Source: the human T2T-CHM13v2.0 reference genome, Homo sapiens. From it: a DNA stretch of 64,000 nucleotides. Positions 40,283 through 53,700 of this stretch are shown here, piece by piece. Where the stretch lies: assembly GCF_009914755.1 (NCBI RefSeq), contig NC_060931.1; one strand, given 5' to 3'. The notes beneath the pieces are model-generated. The model did not search any database. It was not told the origin of the DNA and was given only the letters and a program-made list of their open reading frames with translations. The position numbers were made by a program, and so were the translations under genes. The stretch's first letter is position 1. Each line of letters begins with the position of its first letter.

Positions 40283-41024
40283 GTATTTTTACTCATTATG
40301 AAGATAGTAATTTAAATGATATCCATTCGAGGTTTTTCTACCTTGAGCTAATCTCATACAGGCTAGCCTTATGAAGTATGATTTTGAAAGCTATCCTCTT
40401 ATCAGAGCCCATGTGGGTTCCTTTTGACTTCCCAAAACACTCCCCTATTGCAGTTGGTTAAAATTGGTAACCATACTAATTGCTCACTATTTACATCACT
40501 ATGTTTTTACAGTTCTCACAATTCCTAGAATAAGCACCTCCTAATTACTAATGTTGAGGGCCACTAAGACCTTGCCCCACCAATCTTGAAAGTTTTTAAT
40601 CTTCACCAGAAGAGACAATAAATAAATCTTCAGTGAGTTTCTATTTTGGAAAGGGACTTTGTGGAATATTAGGGAACAAAAGAAGTAAATATAAGACCAA
40701 GTTTCTTTTTCACAGGAAAATTCAGTTCCTGTTAAAAGTTCCTAGTCATGTTAAGGAAGTTGCTATTAAAATTCAGTTCTAGAGATTAGACAAATTAAAG
40801 GGAAGCTAATGCTTCTAATAAATATAAAGTGCCTAAAGGGTAGTGAAGAAACTTCACAGTGTGGAACAAGATGATCATGGAAGGGAAAAATGAGGGTACT
40901 TTTAAAGGAAATGCCTTTTTTTCCCCCAAACTGCTTTTCCTCAGGTGATTTCAAAGTCATGTATATAAAATCACTTTGGGGGTAATTGAAGGCAGGAGTG
41001 AGAATAAAAAGAGAACTGAGAGAA

Positions 41025-41235
41025 GAAACGCTAACTTTTATTTAGCGCCTTCTGTTGCTAGGGGTCTTTTTAAGCACTTTACATCTGTTAATCATTTCAT
41101 TATTAACTCTGCGAGGTGGGTTTGGTGTTTCCCACTTTACAAATTAGGGAACAGGTGTGTATAGGGAGGTCAAATACTATAGTTAGTGATACACAGCTAT
41201 TCATAGTGGATTGAGACTAATTCATTCTGACTGTT
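41025..41235 (-). mobile_element. MIR SINE
   Basis: TTTATTTAGCGC...TAAGCACTTTACAT...CCCACTTTACAAATTAGGGAAC...CACAGCTA. Confidence 0.7.
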
Positions 41236-43953
41236 TTTTTCTCTTTAAATTACATAAAAATCATATAAAACATGCTGAAAAAGACAGAAACATGTGTACA
41301 TGGTAATTTCAATTGCAGCCCAGTGAAGATGCTTGTTCTGTTTTTTTTTTTAATTAGCATCAGAGGAAGAAAACCTGATAAACGGATTTCTAAATCGATA
41401 GTCAGAACTTGTTCTAGTTATATAGTATCATATGCATTTGGATTGGGTGAACTGTGAAGATTCTAAATTTTGTTCAAACAAGGTTTGTGTCCAACCATTT
41501 TACATTTAAGAACCAAAATAGCCGCCAAGCTGTGATGTTTCTAGAAAAATAGTGAAATACATTTTTTTAGTGATTAGAAATTGATAAACTGCAAGTGTTT
41601 AGCATTTTTTCAAAGATTCTTTAAATCCTGGTGTTGCATTTAAACGAAAACTATAATTACAACTTGTAAATATGGATAGAATATGGATTGGGAAACAGTT
41701 TCTTTTGAAAGAAACTGAAATGTTCTTTCTGAAAGTGTATTTCAAAAAGCTTGGTAATGAACAAGGGCTAAATGTATATTACCAAATGTTGAAAGTTTCC
41801 GCTTAAACACTAGATACAATCAAAGCTGATTCCAAGGAAAGTGCTACACCATAGGCAAGTTACAAACGACTTATCAGAAACTTGTTACATACCTTACACA
41901 TCTTATATACATAAGGCAGTTGAAGCATAGGGAAGTTGGTGATGAGGATTTCTTTAGAGAGAACTAAAGGTGTAAGGTAGGAGGTAAGATCCTCTTCCTG
42001 TCAAGACGAGAGAGGGTTTTAGTGGGATTTCTGAGCATTCTGGGCCTCCTGTAGTTAGTTACATTGCTATCTGACTCCTGCTGGGAAAATATCTAAGGCA
42101 GAGAAGGCCAGCCAGCGACTTGGTGGTGGTGTGGGGAGTGTGCTTACTGTGTTGTGAATGGGCTGCACTTTTAGATTTTGTACAGGCATAGAATAAATGA
42201 GTGCTTCCTGAGGACCAGAGATAGTGCATTATAGGCCATCTTAGAACTTGTCCAATAGGGCCACCTAGAGGGGATCCTGAAGATGGAGAGGGAGTTCTGT
42301 GGGGCTGAGGATCACTGTAGAGTAAAATGGTCAGGAAGCCTGCAGGTGAGATCATTAGTCATTGGGGTCTTCACAGAACCCGTGAAAGTGGCCCTTGAAG
42401 GAAGAGGTCAACTTTAAATATCCTTTATGCCACTCCCAATCTCTGTCCAGAAGGTGTCCAAAATAGCAGCTAGGAGTGAGGGAAGTGTGTACAGAAAGAC
42501 ATGAGAAAGCCAGTTGCACTGCCTCCCGCCAACCCTTCTCCTACAGCATGCAATAGCTACCAGAAGTTCCTGTCTGGGAGATGGCAAAGAATTCTCAGCT
42601 TTCCATGAAGATTGATTGTAGATTAATATACTATTCTCATATTCACACTCCTGAATTTATACTGTGTACATGTAAAAAAAAAATGACCATAGGACGTACC
42701 TAGGTTTTCATCCAAGGTGACCATCATGAAATAAAGTTTCAATTATTAATGGGAAACAGAAATAAAGATTTGAAAATTACATCTCATGAGTCCTTCTTGG
42801 TCAATGTATCAGTTACATATATTTGGGTGATCAAGATAATTTCAGTGAACTCAAAGATTTTTGCTAAGAAAGTTGATAAGGTTGGAAATTAGTTTAGTAG
42901 AAAGACAACGAATGTCAGGCTAGAGCATTTGGACTTTATTATAGAAAGTGAGGGTCATCGATTGTATTTGAGTTGACATATATCAGATAATGACTACTAT
43001 GACAACAGTTTTAGTACTATTTTTTAGTAGTGATATGCATGGATTTTTATATAGCAGCTTGGTAATAAGGCAATAAAAAGCCTTGAAAATGTTAAATGAT
43101 AAATAGGTTGTTTTGGTTTTAAAATAATCTTTTGAGCTTTAAGCATATTTGGCATTAAAATAAATGACAATAATAACACAAAAGGGAGCACACATTGAAA
43201 TTTGGTTAATTCCTTATCTGTTCTAGAAATACTTAAAATATAAAAGAGATTGCGATAATTCCAAGATATGTGTTGACATCTCTAGAACAACTACTAAATA
43301 AAAATAAAATAATGTAACATTAAACGCCTAATAAAGGGGAAAATTGGAAAAGTGTTGATTATTTTAAAAGAAATCAGGAAAGGAGATGAAAAGAAAAAAT
43401 TAGTAAAAGGGCAAATAGAAAGTAAATATTGAAATGTAGGTTTAAATTTATATATATCAGTAATTACATTAAATATAAATGGACTGAACACATCAGTTAG
43501 ATATTTTCAGATAGGAATAAAAAACATGTTGCTTTCAGGAGACATACTTAAATATACAGACATAATATATAAAAACCATAAATAACAGAAAGATGATATA
43601 GCTTTTCTAATATCAGGTTAAATAGAGTTTAAGAGAATACCAGGATTAAGAACATCACTACATTAAAATAAATGAGACAAGCAAGAGGAAAACATAACAA
43701 TTCTATATTAATATGAACTTAACATCCTTAAACAATCGAAAGAGACAGATTCATAATTATAGTTGGAAATGTAACACTAATATTAGAAGCCAACAGAATG
43801 AGCTTTTTGGAAATCAGTAAGGCTATCTATAGAAAATTTGAACACAATTAACAAATTCTAATTGACATATATAGAACGTTTGATTAAATAATTGCCAAAA
43901 TATACATTTTTTAAAAAGTGCACATGGAGAACTTAACAAAATATAGAGCCATC

Positions 43954-44335
43954 TGATATGTTTTTGCTTTGTGTTCCCACCCAAATCTCATGTTGAATTG
44001 TAATTCCCAATGTTGGGGGAGTGACCTGGTGGGCGGTGATTAGGTCATGGGGGTGGGTTTTAACCATGCTGTTTTTGTGAAAGTGGGTTCTCACGAGATC
44101 TGATGGTCTAAAAGTGTGTGGCACTTGCCCCCTTGCTGGCATTCTCTCTCTCTCCTGCCACCTTGTGAAGGTGTTTGCTTCCTCTTCACCTCCCACCATA
44201 ATTGTAAGTTTCCTGAGGCTTCCTTGTCAGCTTCCTGTTAAGCCTTCCTGGAACTGAGTCAATTAAACCTCTTTTCTTTATAAATTACCCAGTCTTAGGC
44301 GGTTCTTTATAGCAGTTTGAGAGCAGAGTAATACA
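43954..44335 (+). mobile_element. MSTA-like MaLR solo LTR
   Basis: TGATATG...CCCACCCAAATCTCATGTTGAATTGTAAT...TAATACA. TSD CCATC/CCGTC. Confidence 0.9.
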
Positions 44336-44571
44336 CCGTCTAAGTAAAGCTCAAAGGGCTGAATTCAAATGCAATGTATTTTCTGATTTGAGTGGAATGA
44401 AATTAGAATATCATTACAAAAATTTTAAAATTCAATGTTTGAAAATTAGTGTTATATATTTAATAACACACATGCCAAATAAGATATCATATTGGAAATT
44501 AGAAAGTAATTTGAACTGATTGATAATGAAAATACATCATACTTGTGGGACAGAACCAAATCTGATTAGAA

Positions 44572-44785
44572 CAGTGGTTCTCATCTGGGTGACTTTTGCC
44601 TGCAAGGGAACATGCGGTAATGTCTGTAGATGGTTTTGGTTGTCACAATGGAGGGAGGGGGTACAACTGCCATCTAGTGAATAGAAGCCAAGGATGCCGC
44701 TAAACGTACTGCAGTATACATAATTCCTTACCACAAAGACTTGCCTGTCCCCAAATGTCAATAGTGACTAGGTTAAGAAATCCTG
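44572..44785. mobile_element. MER20 DNA element
   Basis: CAGTGGTTCTCA...TTTGGTTGTCACAA...CATCTAGTG..TAGA.GCCA.GGATGC.GCTAAAC...CCCAAATGTCAATAGTG. Confidence 0.85.
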
Positions 44786-47700
44786 ACTTGAGAAAATTTT
44801 AATGCTTTAAATGTCAATATTCAAAAAGACTGAATATCAGTAACCTAACTATCCATTTGAAAAAGCTAACATTAGAATAACATATTAAGCACAAAATCAA
44901 AGAACAAAAGTGAAAAAAAAGCAAAGATTAATGAAATAGAAATAAATACTGTAAAAAGAATCAACAGTCAAAAAATTATTTTTATCTGAGAATAGTAATA
45001 AAAGAGTCAGACCTCTAGTAATAGTGATAAAAAGGCACAAATGGCTAATATCAGGAATAATAAATGGAACATCAGTTTGGTTCCTTCAGCTATTAAAAAG
45101 GTAGTAAAAAGCTGTTATAACCTTTACATTAATAAACTTAAATATAATTAACAATGTGCTTGAAAAACACAACTTACTAATATGGCCATGAGAAGCAAAA
45201 CATCTGAATAGAGGGATGTGTGTTTAATTTTCCAATCTAGAGAGTAGAATATTGAAGATTTTTTCAATGTGTTTTGTGAGAGTAGCATTATATTGATACC
45301 ACAGCCTATTATGGAGAGTACAAAAAATAAAAATTGGAGGGCTGGCAAAATATTAATAAATAGAACCCAAGAATATATTGAAAGGAACTCAAAACCAATA
45401 GAAGTTTAAGAATATATGGTTAATTTAACATACTAAACAAATTATTTAATGTAATGAGCCACGTTAACAACAAAAGGAGAAAAACCATATAACCTCACCC
45501 AAGCAGGTAAGCAGTATTTGATAAAATTCAACACCCATCCATGGTTAAAAACACAGTTCTTAGCAAAGTAGAATTATGATTTGACCTCCTTAGTGAGATA
45601 AAGAATATCTATAGAAACATGCAGGAAATTTAATACTTCATGATAAAATATTAAAAGCTCCCATTGTGATGTTGGGAACAAGGTAAGGATATTTATTAAA
45701 ATTATATCTATTCAACATTATACTGGAGTTCTTTGCCAGTGTAATATGGCAAAAAAAAAGAGTGATTTAAAAAGGAAGAAAAACATTTTCGTTATTTGCA
45801 AATGATATGATGGTATGTAAAAAATTGAAAATTTAAAAAAATTATATAAAACATTAGAATTATTGAATTTTGCATGGTTACTTCATGTAGCACAAATATG
45901 CAAAGCAATTATAATTGTTTTTCTGACAACCTACTTAAAAATTTTATAATTGATACAATTTATAATAGAATCAAAAATATCAAATTCCTAGGAATACATC
46001 AAAGAAAAGTTATACCAAACCTCCATACATAAAATGATATTATTGAAGGAATTTTTAAGAGACTTAGGCAAGGGAGATATATCCCATGTTCATTGTTTAA
46101 AAGACTCAATATGTTAAATATTTCAGTTCTCACCAAAATGATCTATAGAGTTAATGCATACTCAGTGTCAGTAGGACATTTCATAGAAATTGACAAGTTG
46201 ATTTAAAATTATTTTAAAGAATTCTTAACTTTTATGTATTTAGGGAGTAGAAGTGCAGATTTCTTGCATGTATGTACTGCGTCATGGAGAAATCTGAGCT
46301 TTTAGTGTACCAATCACCTGAATAGTGAACACTGAATCCACTGAATCCAACAGGTAATTTTTCAACCCTCATCCTCTTCCCACCCTCCCACCTTTTGTAG
46401 TCTTCAATGTCTATTATTATACTCTGTATGTAGACATTGTATACATTGGACATACAGAGACAAAAAGAGAAACATTGTTTAGCTCTCACTTATGAGTAAG
46501 AAAATGCAGTATTTGACTTTGTTTCTGAGTTACCTCATTGAGACTAATAGCCCCAGTTCTAACCATGTTGCTGCAAAATACATGATTTCATTCTGTTTAT
46601 GACTGAGTAGTATTTCATGGTATATATACTAGTTTTTCTTTATCCAATCATCTGTTGATGGACGCTTCCATATCTTTGCTATTTTGAATAGTGCTGCAGT
46701 AAACATATAAGTATAGTTATCCTTTTGATATAAAGATTTCCTTCCGGGTATATACACAGTAGTGGGATTGCTGGATCCAATGGTAGTTCTATTTTTGGTT
46801 CTTCAGGAAATTTCCACACTGCTTTCCAGAAATGTATTAATTTACATTCCCACTAGTAGCATATAAGTGTTACCTTTTTTCCTCCACATCCTTGGCAACA
46901 TTTGTTGTTTTTAGACTTTCTAATAATAGCCATTCTGACTAGAGTAAGATTGTATCTTATTGTGGTTTTAACTTGTATTTCTCTGATTAAGGATGCTGAG
47001 CATTTTTTTAATAAGTTCGAAGGCTGCTTGTATGTCATCTTTCGAAAAATGTGTGTTCATTTCACTTGCCCACTTTATAATGGGGTTGTTTTATTCTTGT
47101 TGAGTTGTCTGAGTTCCTTATAGATTCTGGATGTTAGCTCTTTGTCAGATACATAGTTTGCTCCCTATTCTTTAGGTTATTTGTTTACTCTGTTACTTTA
47201 GCTGTGCAGAAGCTTTTTAGTATAATTAAGCCCCATTGATCTATTTTTGTTTTTGTGTTTGCTTTTGAGGATTTGATTATAAATTATTTGCCAAGGCCAA
47301 TGCCCAGAGGAGGTTGGAAAATCCTAGGTTTTCTTCTAAAATTTTTATAATTTCAGGTCTTACTTACACTATGTCTTTAATCCATTTTGAGTAAACTTTT
47401 TGTAGATGGTGTGAGGTATGAGTTCAGCTTTATTCTTCTGCATATGGCTATCCAATCATCCCAGCAACATTTATTAAAGAGAATGTCATTCCCTCAGTGT
47501 ATATTTTAGTAAACTTTAAACTCAGTTGATTGTATGTATGTGGCTTCATTTCTGGGTTCTCTATTCTGTCCCATTCATCTATTTTTATACCAGGGTCATG
47601 CTGTTTTGGTTACTATAGCCTGGTAATATAGTTTGAAGTCAGGTAGTGTGATGCCTTCAGTTTTGTTCTTTTTGCTTAGGATAGCTTTGGCTACATGGTC

Positions 47701-50700
47701 TCTTTTCATATGAATTTTAGGATTGTTTTTATAATTCTGTGAAAAATGATAATGGTAATTTCTTAGGGATTGCATTGAACCTGTAGCTAGCTTTGGGAAG
47801 TATAGTCAATTTAATGATATTGATTCTTTCAATCCATGAACATGGGATATTTGCCCACTTGTTTGTGTCATCTATCATTCCTTTCATCAGTGTTTTGCAG
47901 TTCTTCTTATGAAGGTCTTTCACCTCCTTGGTTAAATATATTCCTAGATTTTTGTTTTGTTTTGTTGGTATTGTAAATGAAATTGCCTTCTTGATTTTGT
48001 CCTTGGCTAGATTGTTATTGGTGTATAGTAATTCTACCGTTTTCTATATATTACTTTTGTATCCTGAAAGTATACTAAATTCATTTATCAAATCTAAGGG
48101 CATTTTTGATGGAATATTTAGCATTTTCTAGACGTAAGATCATATCATCAGTGAACAAGGTAATTTCACTTCCTCTTTTCCAATTTAGATACTTTTTTTT
48201 CTCTTGCTTAATTGTTCTGGCTAGGACTCCCAGTATAATGTTGAATAAAAGTGGTAAAATGGGGCATCCTTGTTTTATTCCGGTTCTTAGAATGTTTTCA
48301 ACTTCTCCCCATTAAGTAGGATGTTCACTGTGGGGTTTTCATATATGGCCTTTATTATGTTGAGGTATGTTCCTTCTATGCCTAGTTTGTTGAGGATTCT
48401 TATGAAGGGATACTGAATTTTATTGAATGCTTTTTATGCATCTGTTGAGATGACTATATGGTTTTTTGTCCTTTATTCTGTTTATGTGATGTATCATATT
48501 TGGTAATTTGCATAGGTTGAATCATTCTTAGATTCCTGGGGTAAACCCTACCTGATCATGGTATATGATAATTTTGATATGCTATTGTATTTGATTTGCT
48601 GATACTCTGTTGAGGATTTTGAATCCATGTTCTTCCAGGATATTAGTTAATAGTTTTCTTTTTTGTAGTTTTGTCTGGTTTTGGTAACAGGGTGATGCCG
48701 GCTTGTATAATGAATTAGGGAGAATTCCCTTCTAAATTTTTAGAATAGTTTCAGCAGGATTGGTATTAGTTCTTCTTTGTATATTTGGTAGAAATTGGCT
48801 GTGAATGCATCTGGTCCTGAGCTTGTTTTTAAGTTGATTTTTTAAATTACTGATTCAGTTTCGTCACTCATTATTGGTGTGTTTAAGAATTCTAATTTTT
48901 GCTGGTTTGTTCTCAGGCGGTGGTGTATTTCCAGGAATTTATCCATTTCCTCTAGGTTTTCTAGTTTGTGAGTGTATGGTAGTTCCTGATAGCCTCTGAT
49001 CTTTTGTATTTCTGTGGTGACTATTCGGTTGTAATGCCCCCTTTTTCATATATGATTGTGTTCTACTTTTTTCTTTTTTTGGTTAGTCTAGCTAGTGATT
49101 AATCAATTTTATTTATCTTTTCAAAAAGTCAACTTCATTTCATTGATCATTTGTATTTTTGGTCTATATTTCATTTAGCTCAGATCTGATCTTTATTTCT
49201 TTTCTTCTGCCAACTTTAAGTTTGGTCTGCCCTTGTTTTTCTAGTTCTTTGATATGTGATGTTAGGTTGATAACTTGTGATTTTTCTAATTTTTTGATGT
49301 AGGCATTCAATGCTATAAACTTTCCTTTTAGCACTGCATTTTGTATATCCCACAGATTTTGGTATGTTGTATTTTCATTTTCATTTGTTTCAACAATTTT
49401 TTAATTTTTATTTTAATTTCTTCATTGATCTAGTTTTTAATTTTCATTAATTTAAAAAAAAATTTAATTTCTGTCTTAATTTCCTCATTGACCCAGTAAT
49501 TGTACAGGAACATGCTATTTAATTTCATGTATATGTATGGTTTCCTGAGTTCCTCTTGGTATTGATTTCTAGCTTTATTCCACTGTGGTCTGAGAATATA
49601 CATGATATAATTTTAATTGTTATTAATGTGTTGTCTTGTTTTGTGGCCTAATATGTAGTCTATCTTGGAGAATGTACTGTGTGCTGATGAAGAGAATGTA
49701 TATTCTGTACTTGTTGGGTAGAATGTTCTGTAAATGTCTGTTAAGTCCATTTTGTTTAAAGTCTAGTTTAAATTTTCTGTCTTAATGATCTGTCTAGTGC
49801 TGTGAGTGGGATGTTAAAGTCCCCCACTATTGTGGTATTTTTATATTATCTCTTTCTTAGTATAGTAATATTTGTTTTGGGAATGTGGGTGTTCTGAAGT
49901 TGGGTGCATGCATATTTTGGATTGTTATATCCTCTTGTGAAATAAAACTTTTGTCATATAATTACCTTGTCTTTTTTATTGTTTTGATTAAAATCTGTTT
50001 TATTTGATATGAATATAACGACTCCTGTTCACTTTTGGTTTTGGTTTTCATTTGTGTGGAAAATCTTCTTTCACACCTTTACCGTTAGTCTATATGTGTT
50101 ATGGGTAAGGAGAGTTTCTTGTAGGCATGATGTAGTTGGATCACGGTTTTTTAAAAATTTTTAATTCATTTCCCCAATCTGTATCTTTTAAGTGGAGCAT
50201 TTAATCCGTTTACACTCAAAGTTAACAATGATATGGGAGGCTTTTTCCCTGTCATATTATTGATGATTTTCAAGTTGTTTGATAAATTCTCCATTTCTTT
50301 CTTTTTTTCTTGTCATGTGGTTTGATGAAATTCAATCATGTTGCCCTTTCATTCCTTTGTTTTCCTCCTTTGTGGAATTGTTTAATATGAATGATGAGTT
50401 TCATATTTCCCTGTGCTTTCGTGATGGTGAATTTGGAGCTTTCATTTTTATGTTTAATAACCCTTTGTGTTATTCCTGTAGGACCAGTCTAGTGGTGACA
50501 CATTTTCTCAGCATTTGCTTTTCTGGGAAGGACTTTATTTCTCCTTCATTTTTGAAGCTTATTTTGCCAGCATACAAAAGCCTTGACTGGCAGAGTTTTT
50601 TCTTTCAGCAACTTGAAAATGCCATCCAATTATATTCTAGCCTGTAATGTTTTCATTGAAAAGTCCACTGTTATCTTGAGGGGGTTTCTTTTATTGATGA

Positions 50701-50720
50701 CTACACATTTCTCTTGCTAA

Positions 50721-53700
50721 TTTCATTTTATTTCAATAGGTTTTTAGGGAACAGATCATATTTGGGTCCATGAATTAAGGTCTTTAGTGGTGATTTCTGA
50801 GATTTTGGTGTACCCAGCACCTGAGCAGTGTACACTGTACCCAATGTGTAGTCTTTTATCTCTCACCCCTACTCCCACCCTTTCCCCCAAGTCCTCAGAG
50901 TTCATTGTATCATTGTTATGCCTTTGCATTCTTATAGCTTAGCTTCCACTTATGAGTGAGAACATATGATGTTTGGTTTTTTATTCCTGCATTACTTCAT
51001 TTAGAATAATGGTCTCCAATTCCATCCAAGTTGCTGCAAATGTCACATTTCATTCCTTTTTATGGCTGAGTGGTATTCCATGGTATGTATACGTATATAT
51101 AATATTATTTATATATATAATATGGGATATATATATTCCACATTTGCTTTATCCACTTATTAATTGATGGGCATTAGGGTTGGTTCCATATTTTTGCAGT
51201 TGCGAATTGTGCTGCTATAAACATGCATGTGTAAGTATCTTTTTCATATAATTTATTTTCCCCTGGATAGATACCCAGGAGTGGGATTGCTGGATTGAAT
51301 GGTAGATCGCCTTTTAGTTCTTTATGAAATCTCCACACTGTTTTACATAGTGTACTAGTTTACATTCCCACCAACAGTGTAAAAGTGTTCCCTTTTTACC
51401 ACATCCACACCAACATCTATTATTTTTTATTATGGACATTCTTGCAAGAGTAAGGTGGTATTGCACTGTGGTTTTTGATTTGCATTTTCCTGATAATTAG
51501 TGATGTTGAGCATTTGTTCATATGTTTCTTGGCCATTGTAGATCTTCTTTTGAGAACTGTCTATTCATGTCCTTATCCCACTTTTTGATGGGATTGTTTT
51601 TTTCTTGCTGATTTGTTTGAGTTCTTTGTAGGTTCTGAATATTAGTCCTTTGTCAGATTTACAAATCGTGAAAATTTTCTCCCACTCTGTGGGTTGTCTG
51701 TTTATCCTGCTGATTATTTCTTTTTCTGTACAGAAGCTTTTTAGTTTAATAAAATCCCATCTATTTATCTTTGTTTTTGTAGCATTTGCTTTTGGGTTCT
51801 TGGTCATGAAGTCTTTGCCTAAGCCAGTGTCTAGAAGGGTTTTCCTGATGTTACCTTCTGGAATTTGTATGGTTTTAGGTCTTAGATTTAAGTCTTTGAT
51901 CCATCTTTGGTTGATTTTTGTATAAGGTGAGAGATGAGGATCCAGTTTCATTCTTCTACGTGTGGCTTGCCAGTTATCCCAGCACCATTTGTTGAATAGG
52001 GTGTCCTTTTTCTGCTTTACGTTTTGTTTTCTTTGTCAAAGATCAGTTGACTGTAAGTATTTGGCCGTATTTCTGTGTTCTCTGTTCTGTTCCGTTGGTC
52101 TACATGCCTATTTTTATACAAGTACCATGCTGTTTTAGTGACTATGGCCTTTTAATATAGTTTGAAGTCAAGTAATATTACACCTCTAGATATATTCTTT
52201 TTGCTTAGTCTTGCCTTGGCTGTGTGGGCTTTTTTTGGTTCCATATGAATTTTAGGATTGTTTTTTCCAGTTCTATGAAGAAAGATGTTGGTATTTTGAT
52301 GGGAATTGCATGGAATTTGTAGATTGCTTTTGGCAGTATGGTTAATTTCACAATATTCTACCCAATCCATGAGCATGGAATGTGTTCCATTTATTTGTGT
52401 CATCTATGATTTCTTTTAACAGTGTTTTGTAGTTTTCCTTGTAGAAGGCTTTCACTTTCTTGGTTAAGTATATTCCTATATATTTTATGTTTTGCATTCA
52501 TTGTAAAAGGCTGAGTTCTTGATTATCAGCTTGGTCATTGTTGGTGTACAGCACATCTACTGATTTGTGTACAGTAATTTTGTAACTTGAAACGTTGATG
52601 AATTAATATACCAGTTCTAGAAACTTTTTGGCAGGTATATAATTATGTCATCAGCAAACAGCAACAGTTTGGCTTCTCTTTAACCAATTTTAATGCCCTT
52701 TATTTCTTTCTCTGGTTTGATTGCTCTGGCTAGGACTTCCAGTACTATGTTGAATAGAAGTGGTAAAAGTGGGCATTCTTGCCTTGTACCAGTTCCAAGG
52801 GGGAATGCTTTCCATTTATCTCCATTCAGTATAATGTTGGCTGTGGGTTTGTCATAGACGGCTTTTATTACCTTAAGGTATGTTCCTCTTATGCCAGTTT
52901 TGCTGAGGGTTTTAATCATAAAGTGATGTTGGATTTCGTCAAATGCTTTTTCTATGTCTATTGAGATGATCATGTGATTTTTGTTTTTAATTACGTTTAT
53001 GTGGTTTATCACTTTTATTGACTTGCAGATATTACTCATCTCTGCATCCCTGGTATGAATCCCACTTGATCATGGTGGATTATCTTTTTGATATGCTATT
53101 GAATTTGGTTAGCTAGAATTTTGTTGAGGATTTTTGCATCTATGTTCATCAGGGATATTGGTCTGTAGTTTTCTTTGTTATGTCCTTTCCTGGCTTTGGT
53201 ATCAGGGTGACACTGGCTACATAGAATAATTTGGGGAGGTTTCCCTATTTCTCTATCTTTTGGAATAGTGTCAATAGGATTGGTACCAATTCTGTGAATG
53301 CCTGATAAAATTTAACTGTGAATTTGTTTGGTCCTGAACTTTGTTTGTTGGTAACTGTTTAATTACCATCTCAATATCACTGTTTGTCATTTGTCTGTTC
53401 AGAGTTTCTATTTCTTCCTGTTTTAATCTAGGAAGGTTATATATTTCCAGGAATTTATCCATCTTCTCTAGGTTTTCTAGCTTATGCATGTAAAAGTGTT
53501 CATAGTAGCCTTCAATGCTCTTTTGCATTTCTGTGGTATCAGCTGTAATATTTACCGTTTTTTTTCTAATTGAGTCTATTTGGATCTTCTCTCTTCTTTT
53601 TCTTGGTTAATGTCACTCATGGTCTATCAATTTTATTTACCTTTTCAAAGAACCAGCTTTTTGTTTTATTTATTTTTTGTATTTTTTTTCAAATTCATTT

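Larger units (their letters stand above)
43140..46210 (+). mobile_element. Old L1M ORF2 remnant (left part of the host element)
   Basis: A-rich decayed ORF2 (ATATCAGTAATTACATTAAAT, TTTGATAAAATTCAACACCC, TTTGCAAATGATATGAT, CCATGTTCATTG). Resumes at 60965. Confidence 0.75.
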
